Source: an uncultured Acidobacteriaceae bacterium
GTDB taxonomy: Bacteria; Acidobacteriota; Terriglobia; Terriglobales; Acidobacteriaceae
Assembly (NCBI GenBank): GCA_963795875.1
Contig: CAWCJM010000003.1
Span: forward strand, 662,574 to 726,573
DNA: 64,000 nucleotides
Direction: 5' to 3'
Position numbers and translations under genes: made by a program. Of the stretch, positions 1 through 9,124 are shown piece after piece. Under the pieces are notes generated by a model that saw only the letters and a program-made list of their open reading frames with translations, was not told where the DNA came from and searched no databases. Within the stretch, counting starts at the first letter, position 1. The number at the start of each line of letters is the position of its first letter.

Positions 1-550
1 GCCCGCCAGCGCAATGTGATTATTCTTGATGAGCACGCCGTCGGAAAGATCGAGCCGGTGATTCTGCCCGCCGCCGCAGCGCACGGCATTCTTGTCGATC
101 ACGCGCAGGCCGGGAGCGGTCTTGCGCGTGTCGAGAATGCGCGCCTTGGTGCCGGACACGGCTTCCACGAACTTGCGCGTCAGGGTCGCGATGCCGCTCA
201 TGCGCTGCAGGAAATTCAGGATGACGCGCTCGCAGGAAAGAATCACGCGCGCATTGTGGCGGATCACCGCGACGGACTGTCCTTTGTGCAGGCGCACGCC
301 ATCGAAAATTTCGGGATGCGTGGTGACTTCGTAGTGCGCGGTGACGGCGCCGTCGAGCGCGGCATACACATCGAGAATGCGCGCCACGCAGCCGATTCCG
401 GCGAGAATGCAATCCTGCTTGGCAGATGATGGTCGCCGACGCCCGCTGGTTGGGATCGATGCAGGCGTAGCTGGTCGCATCGCGCGTCGCCCGGTCTTCG
501 AGCAGCGCGTTCTCCAGAATTGCGGTGAGGCGTCTTGAATTCCAGTCCAT
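1..550 (-). CDS. nadC: Quinolinate (nicotinate-nucleotide) phosphoribosyltransferase NadC, N-terminal part; 3' end runs off the window; one apparent 1-nt indel near 425
   Basis: Minus-strand translation MDWNSRRLTAILENALLEDRATRDATSYACIDPNQRASATII. After a 1-nt shift it continues KQDCILAGIGCVARILDVY...RILDTRKTAPGLRVIDKNAVRCGGGQNHRLDLSDGVLIKNNHIALAG, a classic QPRTase signature. ATG at 548-550. Confidence 0.8.
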
Positions 551-616
551 AAAGTGTAGCGACGGACGCATTCGTCCGTCCGCAGCCAGCCCCGAGTCGC
601 GATTAGTCACGCCCGA

Positions 617-662
617 GGCAAAACCCATCGAGCTTCGCTCGACCCCGGACGACTGCGTCCGG
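617..662 (-). terminator. Putative intrinsic terminator downstream of valS (two hairpins plus T-run)
   Basis: On the minus strand, directly after the valS stop: hairpin ccggacg-cagtc-gtccgg, then cgagc-gaa-gctcg followed by atgggttttgcc. Confidence 0.45.
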
Positions 663-668
663 ACTGAT

Positions 669-3458
669 TCAACATCCTAATTCTTTCAGCTTGCTCTTCG
701 TCTTCTCTTGCAGGACCAGGAGTTCCTGCCCTCGCCTGCGCAGGCCTTCGACCACTTTCTCCGGAGCCTTGGCCAGAAACTGCTCGTTTCCCAAGTTGCT
801 TCTGATTGTTGGCCAACTCTTTTTCGATCTTCTCCAGTTCCTTCTTCAGGCGCTCGCATTCGGCGGCGACGTCGATCTTTCTTTCGTAGATCACGTGCAC
901 GTCGAAGCGTGCGGTGCCGCGGGCTCCAGCCCGGTTGGCGAGAGAAGTTTCCACGAATGTAATCTTCTCCACATTCCCCAGGCGCTCGACCGCGCCGTGA
1001 TTCTGCTCGATCATCTTGCGAATCGCCGGCTCATGCGCGAAGACCTCAATGGGCACCTTCACCTTGGGTTCGACTTTCAATTCTGCGCGCAGGTTGCGCA
1101 CGCTGACGATCAAGTCCTGCAGGATCGCCATCTCGGTCTCGGCGGCGAGATCGAATTGCTTCTCATCCGCCTGCGGATATGCCGCCAGCGCAATCGATTT
1201 GAGCGGAGGCTTGCCTTCGTAGATCGCCTGCCAGATTTCTTCCGTGATAAACGGCATCACCGGATGCAGCAGGCGCAGCGAGCGTCGAACAGATTGACCA
1301 GGTTCGCGCAGGCCGCTCGCGCCGCGGTCTTGTCGGCGCCCTCTTCGAAATTCAGCCGCGGCTTGATCAGTTCCAGATACCAGTCGCAGAATTCTCCCCA
1401 GAAAAAATCGTAGATGCGGTTCGCCGCTTCGTGGAAGCGATAGGTCGCGAGCGCATCGTTCACGTCGGCCACAACGCGGTTGAAGCGCGAAAGAATCCAG
1501 CGATCTTCGAGACGTCGCAGTCTGAAATCCAGCAACACCGGCAGTTGCAGTGCTTGTGTGGGACCGGGTCTCAGACCCGGTCCCCGGCCGCAGGCCGGGC
1601 TCGATTCTGTCCACGTTCATGAACATGAAGCGCGCGGCATTCCAGATTTTGTTGGCGAAGGCGCGGTAGCCGTCGGTGCGGCTTTCGTTGAAGGCAATGT
1701 CGGTTCCGGGCGCGGCCATGGCCGCGAGCGTGAAGCGCGTGGCATCGGTGCCGAAGCGCTCGATGATCTCCAGCGGATCGATCACGTTGCCCTTGGTCTT
1801 CGACATCTTCTGCCGGTCGGCATCGCGCACCAGCGCGTGGATGTACACCTGGCGGAAGGGCACGCTGTCGTTCTTCTTGTCGCCCCAGCCGCTGGCTTTC
1901 TTGATCGCCGGATCCTGCTCGTGTCCCTGCATGAAGTGGCAGCCGAACATGATCATGCGCGCCACCCAGAAGAACAGAATTTCGTAGGCCGTGATCAGCA
2001 GCGTCGTGGGATAGAACACTGCCTGGTCCCGCGTCTTCTCCGGCCAGCCCAGCGTGGTGAACGGCAGCAGCCCCGACGAGAACCAGGTGTCGAGCACATC
2101 GGTGACCTGCTCCAGCTTCGCGCCGCCGCACTTCGTGCACTTGGTCGGAGCTTCGCGGGCCACGATCACTTCCTTGCAGCCATCATTGCTACAGGTCCAC
2201 GCCGGAATGCGATGTCCCCACCACAACTGCCGCGACACGCACCAGTCGTGGATGTTGTTCATCCAGTTCAAATAAATCTGGCGGTAATTGTCGGGGACGA
2301 TCGTGATCTCGCCGCTCTCGACGGCCTCGTATGGCGCGATCGGCCAGCGGCTTGATCTTGATGAACCATTGCTCCGACAGCCGCGGCTCGACGATGGTTC
2401 CGCAGCGCTCGCACTTGCCGATCGAGAGCGCGTGATCTTTTTCGCCGACCAGAAATCCCTGCTCCTGCAAATCGGCCAGCACGCGCTTGCGCGCTTCGAA
2501 CCGATCGAGCCCGGCATACGCGCCCGCGTTCTGGTTCATGTGCGCGTGCTCGTCCATCACGTCGATCTGCGGCAGGTTGTGGCGCAGGCCGGCCTGAAAA
2601 TCGTTGGGATCGTGCGCCGGCGTCACCTTCACCGCGCCGGTGCCGAACTCCGGCTGCGCGAGTTCGTCGGTGATGATGGGAATCTCGCGCTTCATCAGCG
2701 GCAGCAGAACATGCTTCCCGTGCAGATGCGTGTAGCGCTCGTCTTTCGCGTTCACGGCGATGGCCGTATCGCCCAGCATCGTCTCGGGCCGCGTGGTCGC
2801 CACCGTGATGAACTCGTTCGTGCCAACGACCGGATAGCGAATCTCCCACAGCTTTCCGGCGACGTCTTCGTGCTTCACTTCGAGATCGGAGATCGCGGTC
2901 TCGTGCCACGGGCACCAGTTCACGATGTAATTCCCGCGATAGATCAGCCCTTCTTCATACAGGCGGACGAACACTTCGCGCACGGCGTGCGAAAGATTCT
3001 TCGTCCATGGTGAAGTACTCGCGGTCCCAGTCGACGGAGGCGCCCAGGCGCTTCATCTGGTCGAGAATCGCGCCGCCGTAGAGCTTCTTCCATTCCCAGA
3101 CGCGCTCAATGAATTTCTCGCGGCCCAGGTCGCGGCGCTTCTTGCCTTCTTTGGCGAGGTCGCGCTCCACCATCATCTGCGTGGCGATGCCGGCATGATC
3201 GGTGCCGGGCAGCCACAGCGTGATGAAGCCGCGCATGCGATGCCAGCGCACGATGATGTCCATCTGCGTCTGGTTGAGCATGTGCCCCATGTGCAGCTGC
3301 CCGGTGACGTTCGGCGGCGGCAGCAGCAGCGTGAACACAGGGCGCGTCTCGCCGGGCGGCGGCGTGGGGACGGAGAAAAGCTTTTCTTTGATCCAGTAGT
3401 CGGCCCAGCGCGTTTCAATCGCGCCCGGCTCGTAAGATTTTGGCAGTTCGTGCGGCAT
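669..3458 (-). CDS. valS: Valyl-tRNA synthetase, split by at least 5 apparent frameshifts
   Basis: HIGH-type motif [14 protein letters not shown] motif KMSKTKGN, and typical ValRS blocks ([36 protein letters not shown]). Pieces lie in ORFs 2955-3458, 2189-2983, 607-2517 and 1257-1538. After a shift near 770 the C-terminal coiled coil reads [39 protein letters not shown], with the stop at 669-671. Confidence 0.9.
1558..1602. repeat. GC-rich double-hairpin (REP-like) element lying inside the valS coding sequence
   Basis: The reverse complement 'gagcccggcctgcggccggggaccgggtctgagacccggtcccac' shares an identical 23-nt core 'ccgggtctgagacccggtcccac' with intergenic 47521-47568. It contains palindromes cccggcc/ggccggg and accgggtc/gacccggt. 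Confidence 0.7.
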
Positions 3459-3599
3459 GAATGTGTGCTATCGAGATTCGTGTGGGAACAGTCCACTCCT
3501 ACGGCTTAAGGACAGGTCCCGGCTGTCCTGCCGGAAGTCAGCCGGCAGTTGCGCACCAGAAGGAGGAACTTTTGATCTTACAGGTCAGAGAAAAGGGGG

Positions 3600-3613
3600 G
3601 TCAAACGGGGAGA
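3600..3613 (+). repeat. 14-nt direct repeat copy 1 'gtcaaacggggaga' (candidate target-site duplication, left)
   Basis: Identical 14-mer at 19128-19141 and 21592-21605, all in the same orientation. This copy lies immediately outside the left inverted repeat. Confidence 0.7.
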
Positions 3614-3645
3614 GGGGTGAGAACAGGACGGGATGGAATATGCAC
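3614..3645 (+). repeat. Left terminal inverted repeat (TIR arm A) of the casposon-like element
   Basis: 'ggggtgagaacaggacgggatggaatatgcac' versus the reverse complement of 19097-19127, 'ggggtgagaacaggacgggatcaatatgcac'. 30 matching positions, differing only by gg versus c. Confidence 0.7.
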
Positions 3646-3741
3646 TCCTTCTCTGTACCTTCGTGCCGAAACCAAGAAGTTGAGCTCGGCATCCAATGCA
3701 GTAGGAGGATTTAACGCTTATGTCGTGGAAATTACGGAAAG

Positions 3742-3798
3742 ACCTAAACGGACCGCTGAGCCTGCCGAAGCTACCTAAACCACCGAGCTTACCTAAAC
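3742..3798 (+). repeat. Subterminal direct repeats 'acctaaac' x3, about 100-150 nt inside the left TIR
   Basis: 'acctaaac' at 3742-3749, 3773-3780 and 3791-3798, each followed by a (c/g/t)(a/g)(c)cg context. A related 'gaaactaaag' lies at 3821-3830. Confidence 0.5.
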
Positions 3799-3851
3799 TA
3801 CCGAAACCGCCGTCTTTGCCGAAACTAAAGACGCCTCCCGAGCTACGGCCT

Positions 3852-4284
3852 CTAAAGCCACTCGCACCGGTCGGGCTCATGATGCGTTAAGCATTTCGCA
3901 GCTACCGAGACCAGCTTGTGGCGTGTGGCGGCAGGATCGACGGTGGCGGCGCGAGTTTCGATCTTAAGTATCCGCTGATATTCAGCGTCCGTAGGCTCGG
4001 GAGTCGGACTTGCGGAGTCTGGACTTGTATCCTCATGCGCTTGCTTCAGACGCTGAACCACGGGAAGATCTTTTGCTTCCGGCAATGGAATCTTCATTTA
4101 CTGGTTTGCCGAATTCTCTTTTGGCCGAATAGCCTCGCCCTGGTCGAGGAATTTGCAATTTGCGACACACCTTACCGAGCATGACTGACGAAATGCCGTA
4201 CTTCGCTGCTACCTTTGTTGCTGGTTCTTCCCAAATCTCTGCATAAAGTTCTTCACGGTTCCAAGCCTCCATATCGATCTCCAA
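3852..4284 (-). CDS. Hypothetical HTH-like protein (WNREELYAEIWEEP...AAKYGISSVMLGKVCRKLQIPRPGRGY motif); one apparent frameshift near 4090
   Basis: ORFs 4033-4284 and 3852-4097 join into one protein. The N-terminal motif resembles a widespread uncharacterized family with a GYWxK-type motif; this family assignment is from memory, not searched. Confidence 0.5.
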
Positions 4285-4313
4285 TCAAGTTCTGAACCAT
4301 GAATTGTACGAGA

Positions 4314-4790
4314 TCATTTTCGAACTGGCACTCGGCGGACAACATTCTTAAGAAGCTGCAGTGATCGCGCGTGAACTGGTTGGCCTCGTCGTGCTCGCAC
4401 GATTGTATGACGACTCAATCCGGTTTCGAATTCCAAAAAGGCTAGCGGTATTTCAAGTAGCCGTTTTCTGAGTTGCTCATCGGCAATACCCGTATCAGAA
4501 CCGTATCGCACTAGCGAAGGCATCAGCGTACTCACATCGTCGCTCTGCTCCCAGCCTCGCTCCGTTTCTTTGCCGATCAAATGAAAACTCGTTGCTGTCA
4601 CCGGATATCGCTTGAGCAGACCAGCCGTATCGGGTTTGCAACGGCTTCCATCCGGCGCGGAACTCTTGGCTTCGCGGTGGCCATGATACTGCTTGAATAC
4701 CATTGCAAAGGTTTGCACCACGATCGGTACGATCGGCTTTTCCAAACTGTGAGTTGTGCCGTCATGAATCTTCACATGAGGCAATTTCAT
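4314..4790 (-). CDS. 158-aa hypothetical protein, translationally coupled to PolB, with a C-terminal HTH-like segment; paralog at 21979-22371
   Basis: The ATG (4788-4790) overlaps the PolB TGA (4787-4789) as ATGA. The motif QYHGHREAKSSAPDG..DTAGLLKR...IGKETERGWEQSDDVS is repeated in ORF 21910-22371. Confidence 0.65.
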   Translation of the reverse strand: MKLPHVKIHDGTTHSLEKPIVPIVVQTFAMVFKQYHGHREAKSSAPDGSRCKPDTAGLLKRYPVTATSFHLIGKETERGWEQSDDVSTLMPSLVRYGSDTGIADEQLRKRLLEIPLAFLEFETGLSRHTIVRARRGQPVHARSLQLLKNVVRRVPVRK

Positions 4791-7198
4791 CCATTGCGAT
4801 GAGTCTTTTTGAATGGAGCCAAGAGAGTGAGCGGAACGTTGGTCAGGTTCACCAGGACTGGAGACAGTGCAAAATTGTAGGGTCTGGCCTGATCGCGTCG
4901 TAAACGACGCAGTGCTGCCATGACGTTGGGTGTGCTGATAGCGATCCGTCTCATAACCGGAAGACGAAACCACTTCGGCTTGTGACTGCGGAATCGGAGA
5001 GCCTGGTTCAACATCCATTGCCAGCCCTCCTTGATCCAGGTTGCCACCTCACACTCTGCATCGCGACCCTCTTTTGGTCGATAGTAGAGGCCGAGTCCGT
5101 GCTCACTCACTTTGATGAGGTGAATTCCAGATTTCTCCCGGGTGTACAGAGCGTAGCGTTTCGCGGAAATACCGTAGCCGTACAGTTGTCGTTGGCCACC
5201 TTCCGAATCGAAATTGAGCTCTTGGACAATGTTCAGGATTGAGCCTGGAATCACTCTCTTGTCATAAGGATTCAAAACCTCGAATCGATTGACTATTTCC
5301 CGAACCTGCTTCCATGGCAGAGCTTTGATGGCATCACTTCCATCCGGCATCCGATGCGACCCGCCAGTGCACCGTACGAGACCGCCTTGTTCCGACGAGG
5401 CGATAGCCATGGAATCGGTGTCGCACATGAGATAACTTCCGCCGGCATCTGCGACCATCCGTTCCAACATGGTCAGAAGCAATCTTCCGCCTGCTGTAAT
5501 CAAAGAGGCCACAGGTGGGAAATACCAGGGGCCCGGCACTTCCATGACGCAGGTTCGTTCAGTCCCGCTCAGTTCTCCCGAAAAGATTCCGATTTTCTTT
5601 GCCTTGTTCTTCCCAACTTGGAGCTTGTTGACTTCGGCATAGATTCCATAGCACCCGGCGTTCGCCAGGATTTTGAGGAAATAATAGAGCGGATCGCTCT
5701 TCTGTTTTCCCTTCCGTTCTTCAATGACTTTGCGAAAGAAATCATCCACATACGGATCGATCGAGCCTGTCCCCAACGTAACGGAGTTCATCCCCTTCTG
5801 AACGCCTACCGGTTCGATCCGAATTGCTCGCAAAATCTTCGATGGTCTCCCCGTTAGTAGTGCTGATCCGACCACGTCGGGACCCGCGAGCCAAACTGGC
5901 GCATCTGACGTGAGAGGATTCAGTCCGATGTTCGTTTGGCCAACTGTCTGACCATCTCCATAGACCGTTCGAACCGGGACGATATCGCCTTCGGGCTGGA
6001 CCAAGGCAAAGAAGGCGAGCTTGGGCCATGTCCTCTGATCAAGCAGACTATCGACCGTGAGTGATTGCAAAAGAGCTCGGATCTCGTCACTGGCGTCTCG
6101 CACTTGTACTCGATCTGCCGTTAGGACTCGCCATAGACCCAAAAGGGTGTTTACCGTCGGGTATTGGCTTGTGAAATCTGTATACACAACCGGGACAGGA
6201 GTGTGACGGATGCGAATTTCCGCGCGTCCACCGTAGTACGCCTGCATGCAGATGCCGTTCGTCTGGTTGTCGAGCTGGAATTTCTGCTGTGGCGAGATAA
6301 CCCCCATCGTTTTCAGAAAGGCTTTGGCGATGGAAGCAGCTGAGTAGGCTCTTTCCGGTGGAAGGTCGCCCAGAGGATAGTTTTTGAATTCGGCGATTAG
6401 TGCGTTCAGCAATCCGACGGTCGCACGAACGTCTTGCCTGCAATACTTGATCTCTTCGGGCGTGACTCTTCCACTTGGAACGTAGTTGTCAAGTTTGCCC
6501 GGCACCTTGAATTCGCGACACGCACTATCAAGACTGAGACTCTTGTTTCGGAGGGCCCAGACTAACGTCTTGAGATCGAGGAACCGACCGACTCGATACG
6601 GTTGGTTCATGTCGCCTCCGGCCAAGCGAATGAAGGCAGCTTTCGAGTCTTTCGGGCGAAGTTGGATGCGAGGGCGGAACGTGTTCGGCAACCACTCGCC
6701 TTTTGCCTTGTTCTTGTAGCGAAAGACAACAAAGCTCCAACCTCGTCCTCCAGCTCCGCGCGCTACGCGATACTCGACCGCGAGCCGCGACAGATCGAAA
6801 GGCAAGTTGAAAGCGACAATCGCTGCTCCAGCCTGGACCGCCGTATACATCACTTTCTCGACGAATATCCGGCGCTCGTAAAGCCTGAGTTTCAACTCAC
6901 CTTTAGCCCGTTTCTCGTTTTGCTCAGTGACGTAGGCGCGGAATACGCTCTGCTGTCCTGGTGCTAGTTCGTCGCCATAGAAGATTCCTTCCTCCGGGCA
7001 CCGATACTTGCCCTCGGTCGTCAATTCACAAAACTGATAAACACCGAAATTTAACGTCTGGAGGGCATCGGTAGTAGTCTCGGTATCGACAACGAGAACA
7101 TACTTCGGAAGCGGGTCTTGTTTGCGTTTTCCGCTCTTTTCTAAGGTTTCCTCCTCCAGGATGCAGGTATGACAGCGGAGAAAAATTTCGTGATTCAT
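4787..7198 (-). CDS. polB: Family-B DNA polymerase (803 aa, intact)
   Basis: Motifs in canonical order: Exo I VLVVDTETT, Exo II AFNLPFDLSRL, Exo III YCRQDVRAT, motif A VVYTDFTSQYPTV, motif B KILANAGCYGIYAE, motif C YLMCDTDSMAI, KxY ISAKRYALY. Confidence 0.9.
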   Translation of the reverse strand: MNHEIFLRCHTCILEEETLEKSGKRKQDPLPKYVLVVDTETTTDALQTLNFGVYQFCELTTEGKYRCPEEGIFYGDELAPGQQSVFRAYVTEQNEKRAKGELKLRLYERRIFVEKVMYTAVQAGAAIVAFNLPFDLSRLAVEYRVARGAGGRGWSFVVFRYKNKAKGEWLPNTFRPRIQLRPKDSKAAFIRLAGGDMNQPYRVGRFLDLKTLVWALRNKSLSLDSACREFKVPGKLDNYVPSGRVTPEEIKYCRQDVRATVGLLNALIAEFKNYPLGDLPPERAYSAASIAKAFLKTMGVISPQQKFQLDNQTNGICMQAYYGGRAEIRIRHTPVPVVYTDFTSQYPTVNTLLGLWRVLTADRVQVRDASDEIRALLQSLTVDSLLDQRTWPKLAFFALVQPEGDIVPVRTVYGDGQTVGQTNIGLNPLTSDAPVWLAGPDVVGSALLTGRPSKILRAIRIEPVGVQKGMNSVTLGTGSIDPYVDDFFRKVIEERKGKQKSDPLYYFLKILANAGCYGIYAEVNKLQVGKNKAKKIGIFSGELSGTERTCVMEVPGPWYFPPVASLITAGGRLLLTMLERMVADAGGSYLMCDTDSMAIASSEQGGLVRCTGGSHRMPDGSDAIKALPWKQVREIVNRFEVLNPYDKRVIPGSILNIVQELNFDSEGGQRQLYGYGISAKRYALYTREKSGIHLIKVSEHGLGLYYRPKEGRDAECEVATWIKEGWQWMLNQALRFRSHKPKWFRLPVMRRIAISTPNVMAALRRLRRDQARPYNFALSPVLVNLTNVPLTLLAPFKKTHRNG

Positions 7199-7530
7199 GG
7201 CAAGCTCTCCTCTTCAGAAAGAAGTTGGGCGCATCGATGCATTGCATCGGCGAGCATTCGAAGGAACACCGCTGTAGCGTTGAGCGCACACTTGACGGTC
7301 AGCCTAAGGTTAAGCTGAGCACGCATATCAGCGTCTGCTCGGCGGCGAAGTTCCGTCACCATTGCATGGCATGCTAGGCAGAGTGGAGCCGTAAGAAACT
7401 CATCGTGGTTCTGACCAGCGGTATGGTCTTGCTCGATAAGGAAACCTGTTCTCCCACAAAGCAAGCACCTTCCTTGCTCCAAGCGCCGAGCTCTTCTACG
7501 CGCAGTCTCGATCGGCTTTTCGTTCATCAT
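7195..7530 (-). CDS. HNH-type endonuclease-like protein (111 aa)
   Basis: CLLCG...EQDHTAGQNHD...LCLACH arrangement (CxxC...DH...N...CxxCH). 4-nt overlaps with both neighbours (7527-7530, 7195-7198). Confidence 0.65.
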   Translation of the reverse strand: MMNEKPIETARRRARRLEQGRCLLCGRTGFLIEQDHTAGQNHDEFLTAPLCLACHAMVTELRRRADADMRAQLNLRLTVKCALNATAVFLRMLADAMHRCAQLLSEEESLP

Positions 7531-7988
7531 GACGACGCCTCCGGGAGGGCGTAGATTTCATCCAGCGTTAACGCACCCGCTTGGGCCAGGGAACTCAGAA
7601 GATCGGGGTCGGTGATCAGCGCGTGTCCACCAATCGACTTTCCTTCGAACTTCCCTAAGCCTTCAACATCACCCGTTCGGAGGTACTTGCCGACCGCCGC
7701 CATGTATTTACCCAGCTCCGACGCTTGCTTCGAACCGCGTACCGTGACTGGAGCGTTTCCAACGGCCGTCGGTACCAGCATGTCGCGCTTTCGGCGATCC
7801 CCTCTCGTGCTCTTTCCGTGCTCCCGTAATTCGGTCGAAAGGTATCTCCGGACAGTGCGAGGATCGATTTCTTCCTCTCGTGCCGCGACGGTTAAGCTCG
7901 AACCCGTCCGGCGCATCCGCGCGAGTACATGAAGTGCGCGGTTGTACGTTTTCTGCCTTTTTCCACGTCGTTTTTTACCGTTTCGCAT
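7527..7988 (-). CDS. Hypothetical DNA-binding (HTH) protein, first gene of the polB operon
   Basis: Basic N-terminus followed by ALHVLARMRRTGSSLTVAAREEEIDPRTVRRYL (HTH-like). Stop overlaps the HNH start. Confidence 0.55.
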   Translation of the reverse strand: MRNGKKRRGKRQKTYNRALHVLARMRRTGSSLTVAAREEEIDPRTVRRYLSTELREHGKSTRGDRRKRDMLVPTAVGNAPVTVRGSKQASELGKYMAAVGKYLRTGDVEGLGKFEGKSIGGHALITDPDLLSSLAQAGALTLDEIYALPEASS

Positions 7989-8122
7989 TCCTCAGCTCCC
8001 TTCTGCTACTGCTTGATGGAAGCTAACATGTGCTATATCATTGGTTTACGTCGACTCGCTGAGGACGTTTAAGCTTAATACGGCAATAATGATGTTTTAA
8101 GTATTATTAACTTGGCAAGTGC
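7989..8122. promoter_or_regulatory. AT-rich divergent intergenic region between the polB operon (-) and the cas1 operon (+)
   Basis: Locally very AT-rich: ...ttaagcttaatacggcaataatgatgttttaagtattattaacttggcaagtg. It sits between two divergently transcribed gene sets. No specific promoter boxes are asserted. Confidence 0.45.
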
Positions 8123-9124
8123 ATGGAACTCGATGACTTTAATTTGGCGGAAAAAATCTTGTCGGCGCTCGACGAGCACAAGCCCCTACGAGGTTATCCG
8201 TCACAAATTGACAAAGATCGGTTGTGGAACATGCGCCAGCACCTTCGTTTTTTTTTAGAGACCACTTGGGACGAGGTTGGCTGCCGGTTTCAAACTTTCC
8301 GAAAGATGGCGGATCTGCGAGCTGTTATGAAGCCCTGGGAAAAACGAATAGAGCAGGAAGAGCATGTTGTAAGAGCCTTACTCTGGAATGGCGAACGGCC
8401 AGCTACATCGAGATCGCTGTATCGCCAGCGCAAGCAGCTTGGCAAGTTGCGTGACCGTTACATGAGCGCGATAGAGTTGATCGATCAGTGTCGGGATTTC
8501 CTGGAGCGCTTCATGGTCATTCCCGCTCAACACCTATCCCTTGCAGAACAGGACGTCATCCGCGACGCGATTTGCGAAAGAGCACGAAAGCTGGCTCATG
8601 CTGGAGAGGAGTGCATTGCTCTGAGGGAACAAGAAAAAGAGTTGGAAATATTGATAAAAGACGGCGAGGCTTACTTTGCTCGAAATGAACTGTTCGATTT
8701 CTACCGTAGTAAGCGCTACAGACTGACACCCCTCGACGTTGCGAATGCTCTTGCGGGCCTTCCATTCATAGGTTGGAGACGTTCTGCTGACAGATGTCGA
8801 AAATGGAAGGAAGAGCCAGAAGGTATAAGCTTCGGGATTTTTCGCATTCTTCTGCGAATTGTAAGAGCCAATGTACGCCGATCGGATTTGATGAGAGATG
8901 CGGATAAGTTCATCGAAGCCAAGAGCCCTATAGGGAACAAATTTGCTCTCGCTGATTTGCGCGAAAATCGTTATTACCTTCGAAGGTCGATAGCCGCCGT
9001 GTTGGAGCAAGGAACGAAGCGGGTTGACCTAACGGCTGCGATTTCCAGAGAGTACTGGAAACGCAAGTCACACCCCACTGCTGTAGACCGTGCATTTGCA
9101 GAGGAAGAAAGAATCGTAAAGTGA
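8123..9124 (+). CDS. 333-aa hypothetical protein, no recognisable domain, translationally coupled to cas1
   Basis: Long intact ORF. Its TGA (9122-9124) overlaps the GTG (9121-9123) of the cas1 ORF. Confidence 0.6.
   Translation: MELDDFNLAEKILSALDEHKPLRGYPSQIDKDRLWNMRQHLRFFLETTWDEVGCRFQTFRKMADLRAVMKPWEKRIEQEEHVVRALLWNGERPATSRSLYRQRKQLGKLRDRYMSAIELIDQCRDFLERFMVIPAQHLSLAEQDVIRDAICERARKLAHAGEECIALREQEKELEILIKDGEAYFARNELFDFYRSKRYRLTPLDVANALAGLPFIGWRRSADRCRKWKEEPEGISFGIFRILLRIVRANVRRSDLMRDADKFIEAKSPIGNKFALADLRENRYYLRRSIAAVLEQGTKRVDLTAAISREYWKRKSHPTAVDRAFAEEERIVK

Noticed and set aside
3459-3599. Possible T-box or other leader upstream of valS (hairpin ggacag-gtcccgg-ctgtcc)
   Set aside because: Only a single simple hairpin was seen. 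No specifier loop or T-box consensus could be identified.
3578-3880. Gly-rich 100-aa ORF on the minus strand across the left TIR and subterminal repeats
   Set aside because: The repetitive GGFGSLGKLGGLGSFGRLSG sequence mirrors the 'acctaaac' DNA repeats. The ORF runs through the TIR and the 14-mer, so it is probably non-coding. It remains possible that it is a frameshifted extension of gene 3852-4284.
4787-7198. Pipolin (piPolB element) or prophage/plasmid-type protein-primed polymerase element as an alternative to a casposon
   Set aside because: No tyrosine or serine recombinase, terminal protein, or capsid/terminase genes in or near the island. A Cas1 integrase is present instead. The PolB subtype (RNA-primed, protein-primed or primer-independent) cannot be decided by eye and is left open.
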